From an uncultured Clostridia bacterium (GTDB lineage: Bacteria > Bacillota > Clostridia > Christensenellales > Borkfalkiaceae): DNA of 64,000 bases. The translations under genes were made by a program, and so were the position numbers. Of the stretch, positions 29,045 through 38,757 are shown piece after piece. Numbering within the stretch: the stretch's first letter is position 1; every line of letters begins with the position of its first letter. Location: NCBI GenBank assembly GCA_947626575.1, contig CANQSR010000011.1, positions 944 through 64,943 of the forward strand, in the 5' to 3' direction. The notes under the pieces were generated by a model that saw only the letters and a program-made list of their open reading frames with translations, had not been told where the DNA came from and searched no databases.

Positions 29045-30529
29045 ATGTTGCAATTTCTCGGAAAACTGTATGCGCAGACGGCGCAGGAGCGGTCGCTCCC
29101 GCTGTGCCGCGAGACCTTTGCGCGCACGGGCGACCGCCTCGCCTTCGAGCGGGCGTATTTCGCGCGGCGGAAATTTCTTACGGCGGCAACGCTTTTATAC
29201 GGGGCGTGCGGCGGGCAGGAATATCTCGACGGCGCGGCCGCGGAGATCTTAAAGATCCTGCGCGAACCCACGTGGGTGCATCCCGCGCACGGGGACGAGA
29301 TCGACCTCTTTGCCGCGGAGACAGGCCTTTTGTTCGCCGAAGCGAGCGCGGCCCTGCCTCTTCCGCAGGCGATAGAAGAGGAGGTGCGGGAAGAGCTTCT
29401 GCGGCGCATCGCCGCACCGTTTTGCGCCCGGAAATTTTGGTGGGAAGAGGCGGAGAACAATTGGTCGGCCGTCTGCATGGGCAACGTGGCGGGGACGCTC
29501 TACCGTACGGACAGGGCGGCGTTTTCCGCGCAAGAGGGGCGTATCCGCGCGGCGCTGTGCCGTTATCTTGACGGCTTCCCCGCCGACGGCTACTGCTTCG
29601 AGGGGCTGGAATATTGGAACTTCGGCTTCGGCGCCTTCGCCTATATCGCGGACTTGGTATGCCCCGATTTGCTCTTTGCCCCCAAAGTGCGCGAGATCGC
29701 GCAGTATCCGCAGCGGTGTTTTCTGCGGGGAAACGTCACGGCGAGTTTTTCCGATTGCCCGCCTTACGGCAAGGCGGACAGGGGGCTTATCACCTTCCTT
29801 TCGCAAAAATTCGGCCTGCCGCTTCTTCCTGAGGAGCAGACCTATCTGCGCGCGGAGAACTGCGCGTGGCTTCCCCTCTCCCGCGCCGCGGCATACGGCG
29901 CTAAGACGTCGCCCGCGCCGACGTATCGGGAGGGCGTTTACGGCGCAAAGGCGGCCATCTTCCACAGGGACGGGTTTTCGCTCGCCGTGAAGGCGGGCAA
30001 CAACGGTGAGCCGCACAACCACAACGACGTCGGCTCCTTCATCTTCTCGGCGGACGGCGGGCCGATCGTTGCCGACCTCGGCCAGCCGCTCTATGACAGG
30101 GACTATTTTTCCGCCCGCCGCTATGAAAATTTGGCCGCGTCCTCCTTTGGGCATAGCGTGCCTATCGTGAACGGCAAGGGGCAGTGCGCGGGAGAGACAT
30201 ACGGCGGGACGCTCGCGGCGGACGGCCTCAGCGTGGAGTTCTCCGCGGCCTATGCGGACTGCAAAAAACTTTCGCGCAAATTTTCGTTTTTGCCACATGG
30301 GGTGGCAATTTTCGACGAATTTTCCGCTTCCGACCGCATCACGGAGCGGTTTATCTCCATACGGCCCGAAGCGGCGGCGCGGATCCGCTCCGAGGACGGC
30401 TTCGCCGCGCGCATCGAGGCGCGGACGTGGCGCGACCACGGCGGCGCGGAAAAGCCCGTGTATCTGGTGGACTTCGAGGTCCCCGCAGGGCGGACTTCCG
30501 CCGCATTTACCATCACTTGCGAAGAATAA
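29045..30529 (+). CDS. Heparinase II/III-like family protein
   Basis: NGEPHNHNDVGSFIF and FGHSVPIVNG motifs are present. The ORF-track start 28910 is rejected because the hppA terminator hairpin (28990-29019) lies inside it. ATG 29045 is chosen. Confidence 0.65.
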   Translation: MLQFLGKLYAQTAQERSLPLCRETFARTGDRLAFERAYFARRKFLTAATLLYGACGGQEYLDGAAAEILKILREPTWVHPAHGDEIDLFAAETGLLFAEASAALPLPQAIEEEVREELLRRIAAPFCARKFWWEEAENNWSAVCMGNVAGTLYRTDRAAFSAQEGRIRAALCRYLDGFPADGYCFEGLEYWNFGFGAFAYIADLVCPDLLFAPKVREIAQYPQRCFLRGNVTASFSDCPPYGKADRGLITFLSQKFGLPLLPEEQTYLRAENCAWLPLSRAAAYGAKTSPAPTYREGVYGAKAAIFHRDGFSLAVKAGNNGEPHNHNDVGSFIFSADGGPIVADLGQPLYDRDYFSARRYENLAASSFGHSVPIVNGKGQCAGETYGGTLAADGLSVEFSAAYADCKKLSRKFSFLPHGVAIFDEFSASDRITERFISIRPEAAARIRSEDGFAARIEARTWRDHGGAEKPVYLVDFEVPAGRTSAAFTITCEE

Positions 30530-30568
30530 AAACCGCCCCGTGCGGGGCGTAGTACAGAGGAAAAACCC

Positions 30569-31300
30569 ATGAATTGGATCGACGTTTTGCTTGTTTGCTT
30601 CTTTCTCTTTTTTATCGGCAGCACGCTCGGCTGGTGCCTCGAAGTGCTGTTCCGCCGCTTTTTCTCGGCGAAGAAGTGGATCAATCCGGGCTTTCTGACG
30701 GGACCCTATCTGCCGCTTTACGGCTTCGGCGTCGTGGGCCTCTTCGGCATCTCCCTGATCCCCATCCATACGGGCATGGATTGGCTCGACGCCGTCCTCA
30801 TCATTCTCATCATGGGGGCCGCGATGACGCTCATCGAGTACATCGCGGGGCTGATCTTTATCAAAGGGATGGGCATCAAACTGTGGGATTATTCCAACCG
30901 ATGGGGAAACATACAGGGTATCATCTGCCCGCTGTTTTCGCTGTTTTGGCTGCTCGTGGCGGTGTTCTTTTACTTCGTCATCGACGCGCCCGTCATCCAA
31001 GCCGTCACGTGGTTCGTCCACCACATCGAATTTGCGTTCGTCGTGGGCATCTTTTTCGGCGTGTTTTTCGTGGACCTCGGCCATTCGCTGAATGTTTCGG
31101 CGCGCATCCGCAAGTTTGCGAAGGAGCATGACGTCGTCGTCCACTTCGAAAAACTCAAAGAAGCCGTGCGCGAACGAATGGAAGAACACAAGGTGAAGGT
31201 GAGCTTTGCGTTCCCGTTCAAGTCGCTTTCCGAGTTCAAGGAAGAACTCACCGAGCGCAAAGAAAAGTTCTCCGTCGCCCGCAAAAAGAAACAGGAGTAA
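30569..31300 (+). CDS. Polytopic membrane protein (putative ABC-transporter type IV family, PF06541-like)
   Basis: 243 aa. The N-terminus FFLFFIGSTLGWCLEVLFRRF is typical of this family. A terminator lies at 31324-31362. Confidence 0.65.
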   Translation: MNWIDVLLVCFFLFFIGSTLGWCLEVLFRRFFSAKKWINPGFLTGPYLPLYGFGVVGLFGISLIPIHTGMDWLDAVLIILIMGAAMTLIEYIAGLIFIKGMGIKLWDYSNRWGNIQGIICPLFSLFWLLVAVFFYFVIDAPVIQAVTWFVHHIEFAFVVGIFFGVFFVDLGHSLNVSARIRKFAKEHDVVVHFEKLKEAVRERMEEHKVKVSFAFPFKSLSEFKEELTERKEKFSVARKKKQE

Positions 31301-31323
31301 TGACCGCTTAGAGCAAAAACGAC

Positions 31324-31362
31324 GGGGGCATGTCTGCAAGACATGCCCCCGATTTTCATTTT
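31324..31362 (+). terminator. Rho-independent terminator
   Basis: GGGGGCATGTC-TGCAA-GACATGCCCCC, then GATTTTCATTTT. Confidence 0.7.
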
Positions 31363-31364
31363 GT

Positions 31365-32400
31365 TGTGATTTGTTCCCCAAGGGGACAGCGCAAAGGCCT
31401 ACCCCCCACGGGGGGAGGCTCCGCCCGCAGGGCGGTGGTGGGGGGTAGGCTTCCCCCACCTGTCTCGCTGCGCGAGCCACCCGCCCCCACAAGCAGGGGC
31501 GGGTCTCGTCGCCCCTTATAGGGGAGATGTCACGAGCCTGCGAGTGACAGAGGGGTTTTGAACCCCTTTCGGCCCGTTGGGCCACTTTCCCCCAAGGGGA
31601 CAGCAAGAGCGCAAAGGCCTACCTCCCACGGGGGGCGGGACGCGGCTCGTTCGGGCAGGACGCTACTCATGCTCCCCACCCCCTTGGGGAGTCCCCCTCC
31701 CACGGGAGGGGGTAGAAGCGGCCCGTCGCTCGGACGTGGCAAATCAATGGCTCCGTAGACGCCTGGGGGGAGGGCTTCCAATTACTTGCCTTAGCCCGAA
31801 TTGATTTCGGGCGTGGGCGACCAAATTTGCAGAGTCTTGTCTGCTTCTTGTCCGTTGAAACGAACAAGAGGATAATGCAAGTTAAGGCGTTAAAGTATAT
31901 TTCCCTCACGGTTGCGGACTTACGACACCCCTTTGGTCGCGCAAGGACGGCGCGACACTTTCCCCTCAAGGGGACAGCGAGAAAAAAGCAAAACAAATTT
32001 CGTGAATAAAATTTCTTGCGAATAACCAAAATCGCATTTTGGTTTTCGCCCTCAATTTGCGCGTCAAGCGCTTGTTGTTCGTTGGAACGAATGAGAGGAC
32101 CAAGTAAATGAAGGCGGGGAAGTAAATTTCCCTCACGGAAATTTGTTTGGGGTTCGTTGATGCACCCCCTACCTAAATCCTCCCCCCTCAGGTATAAGGG
32201 GGGAGGCGGGGGTACAACCAAACAAATTTCGTGAATAAAATTTCTTGCGAATAACCAAAACCACGCTTTTGGTTTTCGCCCTCAATTTGCGCGTCAAGCG
32301 CTTGTTGTCCGTTGAAACGAACAAGAGGACCAAGTAAATGAAGGCGCGGGCGTTTGTTTCCCTCGTTGGATTTGTTTTCCGCAGGAAAAGAAATCCAACG
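31365..32400. repeat. Mosaic repeat block (about 1 kb)
   Basis: It contains M10 at about 31395-31450, M9 at about 31525-31600, M14 at about 31780-31870, M3 twice (about 32020-32095 and 32253-32325), and M4 at 32134-32233. Confidence 0.85.
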
Positions 32401-32405
32401 AAACC

Positions 32406-33164
32406 TTACATCACGACGATGTTTCTCGCCGTGAATTTATCTTTGAGTTCCTGCGGGAAATTATCGTCCGTGATGAGGACGTCGATATCTTCGAGGCGCG
32501 CGAACGTATATGGCATGATCTTGCCGATCTTGGAGCTATCCAGCATCATATACATGGATTTCGCCTTTCTCCTCGTCATTTTGAGGAGGTCCGCCTCCAC
32601 CTGCGAAGCGCAGGAGAAGCCGTTCTCCGGCGTAAACGCCGAGGCCGAGATGATGGCAAGCTCGAAATTCGTATTGTCAAAGTACGCCTTCGCAACAGGC
32701 GAAGCCGTAGACAAATTGTCCTTCATCACCTGCCCGCCGAGGACGGTTAAGTGTACGTTCTTCTTCTGCGCGATCTCAATGGCCACCGCAAGCCCGTTCG
32801 TGAACACATGGATGTTGATATCGGGCATTTCCTTTGCAAGATATAAAGAAGTCGTGCCGCCGTCCACGAAGAGCGAGGTGTTTTCGTCGATGAGGCGCGC
32901 CGCTTTTTGCGCGATCTTGATCTTTTCGTCGGTATGGATGGCGGTTTTCTTGGTATAAGGCTCGCCCGATACCTTCTGCACTTCCTTCACCGACATCGCG
33001 CCGCCCCTTACGCGGATGATGCGCCCCTCCTGTTCGAGCTGATACAGGTCGCGCCGCAGAGTCATCTGCGAGACGTGGGGGAAATAGTCATCGAGTTGTT
33101 CAAGGGTCAGCCTGCCCCGCTTATCGAGGAGTTCTGCAATTTCTTCTACGCGGTCCCGTTTCAT
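32406..33164 (-). CDS. DeoR-family transcriptional regulator
   Basis: 252 aa with an N-terminal HTH (VSQMTLRRDLYQLEQEG) and a C-terminal DeoR sugar-binding domain (LFVDGGTTSL). It looks lower in GC by eye. Confidence 0.85.
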   Translation of the reverse strand: MKRDRVEEIAELLDKRGRLTLEQLDDYFPHVSQMTLRRDLYQLEQEGRIIRVRGGAMSVKEVQKVSGEPYTKKTAIHTDEKIKIAQKAARLIDENTSLFVDGGTTSLYLAKEMPDINIHVFTNGLAVAIEIAQKKNVHLTVLGGQVMKDNLSTASPVAKAYFDNTNFELAIISASAFTPENGFSCASQVEADLLKMTRRKAKSMYMMLDSSKIGKIMPYTFARLEDIDVLITDDNFPQELKDKFTARNIVVM

Positions 33165-33484
33165 AAGTTGATATCTCTCCTTTATAATCCTTTGTAATAT
33201 TTTAACACGTTATTCCACGGAATGCAAGCGATTTCACAGAAAATTTGTGGAAAAGCGGAAACATTTTTGAAAATTTTGTTAATACGCCCGCAGCGTGCGA
33301 AATTGCGGTGAAAAGTTTTTTCATTTTACGGCGCGGAGCGCCTTCTGCCGCCGTCATACGGCGGCTTGGCCGTATGACGGCGGCAGCGATACAGGGCTTC
33401 CGCCGCGGAAGGCCGCCGCGCGGCCTTCGCGGATGATATCGCGCCCCGCAAGACAAATTTCATGAATACGTTGCGCAAAAATCG

Positions 33485-33513
33485 TTGCCTTTTCGCCCGA
33501 AGAATGGTAAAAT
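33485..33513 (+). promoter_or_regulatory. Promoter with leaderless geometry for ORF 33520
   Basis: TTGCCT-N17-(TGg)TAAAAT. The -10 ends 7 nt before the ATG. Confidence 0.5.
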
Positions 33514-33519
33514 AGCGGC

Positions 33520-34167
33520 ATGGAAACCGGTAATTTTTTGCAGGGGCTCGACGAATATTTTTGCGCCCAATATGCCGATTATGTGCGCATCAGCGCGATC
33601 GAGGGGTACGTCATGCCCGAAGTGCTGTACGTCGCGCGGGACGGGAACATCGCCCGCCGCGATTCCGCGTGCATGCGGCTCAGCCACCAGCAGAACGCGG
33701 GCGAATTGCTCGCGCGCTTCAAGGAGGGGCTTGCGGATACCGATTTTACCTTTTCCTTCCGTTTCCCCAAATTCAAGGAGCGGATGCACGCGCTTTTCAG
33801 GGGCAAGAAGGGCAGTTTTTCCCATCTTTTGCCCGCCGCGCTCGCCCGTGCGGGCGAAACGGCGGAATCTGCGGGGGAAAAACTTTCCATCGCGCCGCGC
33901 TATTGGAAAAAGATCGTAAAGGGTACCCTCTATCCCGAAAAAAATACCATTCTCGCGCTTGCGATCGTCACGCGGATGCAACAGGAAGATGCGCTCGCGC
34001 TGCTCGGAAGCTGTCAGTTCACGCTTGACCATACTTCCGTGCGGGATATCGTCGCGGAGTATCTCATCGTCCGCAAGATCTTCAATCCCGCCATGCGGGA
34101 CGCCTGCCTTGCGGAATACAAAATAGACACTCTTCCCATCGCGGCGGAGAAACAGCATACGGTATAG
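33520..34167 (+). CDS. Hypothetical protein
   Basis: 215 aa. There is no SD. A TTGCCT-N17-TAAAAT promoter ends 7 nt before the ATG, so this may be a leaderless mRNA. cysE follows 12 nt downstream. Confidence 0.5.
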   Translation: METGNFLQGLDEYFCAQYADYVRISAIEGYVMPEVLYVARDGNIARRDSACMRLSHQQNAGELLARFKEGLADTDFTFSFRFPKFKERMHALFRGKKGSFSHLLPAALARAGETAESAGEKLSIAPRYWKKIVKGTLYPEKNTILALAIVTRMQQEDALALLGSCQFTLDHTSVRDIVAEYLIVRKIFNPAMRDACLAEYKIDTLPIAAEKQHTV

Positions 34168-34179
34168 GGGAGGTCCCCC

Positions 34180-34830
34180 ATGTTCTTTCGTAAACTTCGC
34201 GCGGATATCGGCGCCGCCATGCGGAACGACCCCGCCGCGCGCAACCGCTTTGAAGTATATCTGACTTACGGCGGCGTCCGCGCCCTCATCTGGCACCGCC
34301 GCGCCTATTTCTTTTACACCAGACTGCACTTTAAGACGCTCGCCCGCATGATGTCCTCGTGGGCGAAATTCAAAACGGGCATCGAGATCCACCCCGCCGC
34401 AAAGATCGCCCCCGGCGTCTTTATCGACCACGGCGCGGGCGTCGTCATCGGCGAGACCGCCGAGGTCGAGGAGGGCGTCGTCATCTACCAGGGCGTAACG
34501 CTCGGCGGCACGGGCAAGGAAAAGGGCAAGCGCCACCCGACGGTGAAGCGGAACGCCGTCATCTCCTGCGGCGCCAAAGTCCTCGGCGGGTTTACCGTCG
34601 GCGAAGGCGCGCGCATCGGCGCGGGCGCCGTCGTATTGAAGGAAGTCCCGCCGTATGCCACCGTCGTGGGCGTTCCCGGCCGCGTGGTGCGCATCAACGG
34701 TGAAAAAACGCAAACGCTCATCCCCGAAAGGGAGGACCCCGTCCTCAAAGAGCTGTGCGCCCTGCGCGAGCGCGTATTCGCGCTGGAAGAGCAGCTTCAA
34801 GAGCAAAAAGATAAGAATGACAGCAAATGA
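34180..34830 (+). CDS. cysE: Serine O-acetyltransferase
   Basis: 216 aa with hexapeptide repeats and GIEIHPAAKIAPGVFIDHGAGVVIGETA. Confidence 0.9.
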   Translation: MFFRKLRADIGAAMRNDPAARNRFEVYLTYGGVRALIWHRRAYFFYTRLHFKTLARMMSSWAKFKTGIEIHPAAKIAPGVFIDHGAGVVIGETAEVEEGVVIYQGVTLGGTGKEKGKRHPTVKRNAVISCGAKVLGGFTVGEGARIGAGAVVLKEVPPYATVVGVPGRVVRINGEKTQTLIPEREDPVLKELCALRERVFALEEQLQEQKDKNDSK

Positions 34831-34855
34831 CCATACCATGTCCGAGGTAAAGGCT

Positions 34856-36244
34856 ATGAAAATTTATAATTCACGCACACGCAGAAAGGAAGAATTTGTT
34901 CCCATCGAGGAAGGAAAGGTCAAGATGTATGCCTGCGGCATCACCGTTTCGGGCGAGGCCCACATCGGGCATGGCTTTCAGGCCCTCGTCTATGACGTGT
35001 TCCGCAAATTTCTCGAAAAACAGGGCTATGAAGTGACCTATGCCCGCAATTATACGGATGTGGATGATAAGATCATCGCCAAGAGCCGCGAGACGGGCAT
35101 CCCCGCCGACGAGTACGCCGCGATGATGATCGCAAAGATAGACGCCGTCATGGCGAAGGCGAACATCGGCGAACCCACGCTGTGGCTCAAAGCGACCGAA
35201 CACATCGGCGACATCATTTCCTTCATCCAAGACCTCATCCGCGGGGGGCATGCCTACGAAGGGGGCAACGGAGACGTCTATTTCGACGTGGATAGCTACC
35301 CCGCTTACGGGCAGCTTTCCGGAAGGAGCAAGGAGGAAATGCTCGACGGCGTGCGCGTGGAAAACGACGAGCGCAAGAAGAACGCCTATGACTTTGCGCT
35401 GTGGAAGGCGGCAAAGCCGGGCGAGATCTTTTGGGATTCGCCGTGGGGCAAGGGCAGGCCGGGGTGGCACATCGAGTGTTCGGCGATGAACCGCGCCGCG
35501 TTCGGCGAGCGCATCGATATCCACGGCGGCGGCCGCGACCTCATCTTCCCCCATCACGAGAACGAGATCGCGCAGACGGAGTCGCTCACGGGCAAGACAT
35601 TCGCAAACTATTGGATGCACAACGGGCTTATCAAAGTCAACGGGCAGAAGATGTCCAAATCGCTCGGAAACGTGCTGCTCATGGAGGACGTTCTCGCAAA
35701 GTATTCGGATGAGGCGCTGAAATTCGCGCTCCTCTCCACCAACTACCGCAGCGACCTCAACATCACGGACAACCTGTTCCCCGATGCCGAGGCTCACCTT
35801 GTGCGGTTTTATACGCTCATCGACAAGATCGAGACGGCTTTCCCCGCGGAGGAGGGGGGCATGTCCGAGATCGACGCGAAATTCGACGCGGCGATGAGCG
35901 ACGATTTCAACGCCGCGCTGGCGCTTTCCGATCTCTTCGGATATTTCAAGGAGGCGGGAAAACTGCTTGCGGAAGGCGACCCCGCCGCGCGGAGGATCAC
36001 CAACCAACTGCGGGCGACGTACGGACTTTTGGGCATTTTGCAAAAGGACGCGAAGGCATATCTTGCGCAATACGCGCCCAAGGCGGACGACGTTCCCGCC
36101 GAAGTGAAGGCGGTGGCGGAGGCGCGCGCCGAAGCGCGGAAAAACAAGGATTGGGCGAGATCCGACGAACTGCGCGAGAAGCTCAAAGCGCTCGGCTATG
36201 CCGTAAAGGATTCCAAGGACGGATATACCCTCACGCGCCTTTGA
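34856..36244 (+). CDS. cysS: Cysteine--tRNA ligase
   Basis: Starts MKIYNSRTRRKEEF, has a HIGH-like motif (EAHIGH), KMSKS, and WHIECSAM. The start was moved from the ORF-track 34655 to ATG 34856, after the cysE stop. Confidence 0.92.
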   Translation: MKIYNSRTRRKEEFVPIEEGKVKMYACGITVSGEAHIGHGFQALVYDVFRKFLEKQGYEVTYARNYTDVDDKIIAKSRETGIPADEYAAMMIAKIDAVMAKANIGEPTLWLKATEHIGDIISFIQDLIRGGHAYEGGNGDVYFDVDSYPAYGQLSGRSKEEMLDGVRVENDERKKNAYDFALWKAAKPGEIFWDSPWGKGRPGWHIECSAMNRAAFGERIDIHGGGRDLIFPHHENEIAQTESLTGKTFANYWMHNGLIKVNGQKMSKSLGNVLLMEDVLAKYSDEALKFALLSTNYRSDLNITDNLFPDAEAHLVRFYTLIDKIETAFPAEEGGMSEIDAKFDAAMSDDFNAALALSDLFGYFKEAGKLLAEGDPAARRITNQLRATYGLLGILQKDAKAYLAQYAPKADDVPAEVKAVAEARAEARKNKDWARSDELREKLKALGYAVKDSKDGYTLTRL

Positions 36245-36249
36245 CGCAA

Positions 36250-36480
36250 GTCCGGGGTTTAACAGGATGACGCCTCACGTCATTTTGCCCTCCCTCACGT
36301 CATTTTGCACCCCGCCCGTCATTTCGAACCCCAAAGGGGTGAGAAATCTCCAAGGATGAGATTCCTCACTTCGTTCGGAATGACGTGTTACACATTCGTT
36401 ACTTCGCCTTACGGCTCGTATCGCGCTGAGTCTACAATAGAAGCCTCGCGCGTTCGGAATGACGTATGAGCGCGTCCCCC
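36250..36480. repeat. Mosaic repeat block upstream of alaS
   Basis: It contains iterated CACGTCATTTTGC units (about 36276-36320), M1 at 36318-36384, and a solo M1 arm carrying M8 (insert at 36401-36454). Confidence 0.8.
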
Positions 36481-36514
36481 CATAAACCGATAAACCATAA
36501 ACGGAGCAAATATT

Positions 36515-38326
36515 ATGAAGATCACAGGAAAGGAACTCAGACAAAAATGGCTCGATTTCTATAAGGCGCGCGGACACGCCGATATCGGCGCGGTCTCGCT
36601 CATCGGCGACGGCGCAACGGGCGTCATGTTCAACGTCGCGGGTATGCAGCCCCTCATGCCCTACCTCTTGGGCAAACAGCACCCCGCCGGTAAGCGTCTT
36701 TGCAACGTGCAGGGCTGTATGCGCACCGTGGATATCGACAGCGTCGGCGACGCTTCCCACTTCACCTTTTTCGAGATGATGGGCAATTGGTCGCTCGGCG
36801 ATTACTTCAAAAAGGAAAAGACGGCGTGGACCTTCGAACTGCTCACCCGCGTGTTCGGCCTCGATAAGGACAAGCTGTGTACGACGGTCTTCGAGGGTAA
36901 CGCCTCCGCCCCCCGCGACAGCGAGACGGCCGAACTGCTCATCGGCCTCGGCATCCGCCCCGAACACGTCTTTTTCCTGCCCAAATCGGATAATTGGTGG
37001 GAACTCGAAGGCACCGTGGGGACGCCCTGCGGCCCCGATAACGAGTGGTTCTACCCCCTCGACGCAGACAAAAAGGACCCCGTTTTCCCCGACGATTACG
37101 TCGAGATCGGCAACGACGTCTATATGCAGTACAAAAAGACGGCGGACGGTTACGAGCCGCTCGCGAGCAAAAATGTGGACACGGGGTTTGGTTTTGACCG
37201 CATGCTCCTCTTTTTGAACGGTCTCGACGACGCCTACCTCACCGACCTCTTCACGGGCGTACTCAAAAAACTCGAAGAGCTTTCGGGCAAGAAGTATGCG
37301 GACGGCGGCGAGGCACAGCGCGCCATGCGCATCATCGCCGACCACACCCGCACGACGGTCATGCTCATCGGCGACGTGCAGGGCATCCTGCCCTCCAACG
37401 TGGGGGCGGGCTACATCCTCCGCCGCATCATGCGCAGGGCCATCCGTTACTGCCGCCAGCTCGGCGTCTCCTCCGACGCCATGTGCGAAGCCGCGAAGAT
37501 CTACATCCGCGAAGTCTACAACGAGGCCTATCCGCTGCTTGCCGAAAAGGAAGAGTACATCCTCGGCGAGATCAAGAAGGAGGCCGAACGCTTCGAGGCC
37601 ACGCTCGCCACGGGCATGAAGGAATTCGATAAGTGCATCGCGGGCATCGCGCGCAAGAACGAATTCATGAAGAAGCAGGATCCCGCGTATATTGAGGAGA
37701 CGGTCATCGGCGGCAAACAGGCCTTCCGTCTCTATGATACGTACGGCTTCCCGCTCGAACTTACCGAGGAACTTGCGGCCGAGAAGGGCCTCTCGGTGGA
37801 CCGCGAAGGGTTCGAAGCGGCCTTCAAGGAGCATCAGGAGAAGAGCCGCGTCATCCCCAAGGGGGAAGCCAAGGGCGGCCTCGAATCGCATTCCGAGATG
37901 GCCACCAAGTACCATACCGCCACGCACCTTCTCAACGCGGCCTTGAAGCGGGTCCTCTCCCCCGACTGCAACCAGAAGGGAAGCAACATCAACGACGAGC
38001 GCATGCGCTTCGATTTCAACTTCGAACGCGCCATGACGCCGGAGGAAGTGAAGGCCGTCGAAGATCTCGTCAACGAGAAGATCAGAGAGGATATCCCCGT
38101 CGTATTCCGCGAGATGAGCCTCGAAGAGGCGCGTGCGGAGCAGTTTGTGGGCGTATTTGACAGCAAGTACGGCGAGGTCGTCAAGACGTATTCCATCGGC
38201 GACTTCTCCAAGGAAATGTGCGGCGGCCCGCACGTGGAACGCACGGGCGTTTTGGGGCATTTCCGCATCGTGAAGGAGCAGTCCTCTTCGGCGGGCATCC
38301 GCCGCATCAAAGCGGTTCTGGAATAA
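36515..38326 (+). CDS. alaS: Alanine--tRNA ligase, short form (603 aa, no C-Ala domain)
   Basis: FFEMMGNWSLGDYFK, GPCGPDNEWFY and VDTGFGFDRML mark the class II core. HTATHLLNAAL and CGGPHV mark the editing site. The protein ends about 270 aa earlier than canonical bacterial AlaRS. Confidence 0.85.
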   Translation: MKITGKELRQKWLDFYKARGHADIGAVSLIGDGATGVMFNVAGMQPLMPYLLGKQHPAGKRLCNVQGCMRTVDIDSVGDASHFTFFEMMGNWSLGDYFKKEKTAWTFELLTRVFGLDKDKLCTTVFEGNASAPRDSETAELLIGLGIRPEHVFFLPKSDNWWELEGTVGTPCGPDNEWFYPLDADKKDPVFPDDYVEIGNDVYMQYKKTADGYEPLASKNVDTGFGFDRMLLFLNGLDDAYLTDLFTGVLKKLEELSGKKYADGGEAQRAMRIIADHTRTTVMLIGDVQGILPSNVGAGYILRRIMRRAIRYCRQLGVSSDAMCEAAKIYIREVYNEAYPLLAEKEEYILGEIKKEAERFEATLATGMKEFDKCIAGIARKNEFMKKQDPAYIEETVIGGKQAFRLYDTYGFPLELTEELAAEKGLSVDREGFEAAFKEHQEKSRVIPKGEAKGGLESHSEMATKYHTATHLLNAALKRVLSPDCNQKGSNINDERMRFDFNFERAMTPEEVKAVEDLVNEKIREDIPVVFREMSLEEARAEQFVGVFDSKYGEVVKTYSIGDFSKEMCGGPHVERTGVLGHFRIVKEQSSSAGIRRIKAVLE

Positions 38327-38329
38327 GAA

Positions 38330-38745
38330 GAACTCCTCATTCCGAGGCTCCGCAGGGGCCGAGTGAATCTTTAACTCATCGGTTTCATGATACATCTTCG
38401 TTTAAGATACACTCCCCGCTCACTGCGTTCGGGGTCGGTATGAGGGAAACTCTTTCGGCTTAATACGTCATTCCGAACGCAGTGAGGAATCTCGTCCGCC
38501 GTCATACTGCCCCGCCCGCACGTTCTTTGTGACGTCGAAGGGCGGCACGAGGAGCGGAGCGACGAAGTAAGAACGAAGCCCGCTTCCACAATACTTGGTC
38601 GCAATAAGATTCTTCGCGGATGGGCAATTCGTTGAAAGCCATGTTGTTGCGGCTCAGAATGACGTTCAAAGCTCGGCCGGACGGAATGACGAATAGAACG
38701 CTTCGGCGCGGACAGAATGACGTACGGCGCGTCGGCATATGAAAG
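38330..38745. repeat. Mosaic repeat block
   Basis: It contains M13(-) at about 38335-38460, an M7 fragment at about 38590-38680, and several GGAATGACG cores. Confidence 0.75.
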
Positions 38746-38757
38746 TAAGGAGAAACC

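Noticed and set aside
36245-36514. Expected T-box riboswitch upstream of alaS, and likewise upstream of cysE/cysS at 33165-34180.
   Set aside because: I could not find the conserved T-box sequence (AANNNGGGTGGTACCGCG-like) or a specifier/antiterminator layout. The alaS upstream region is made of M1 and M8 repeat modules. A covariance-model scan would be needed to be sure.
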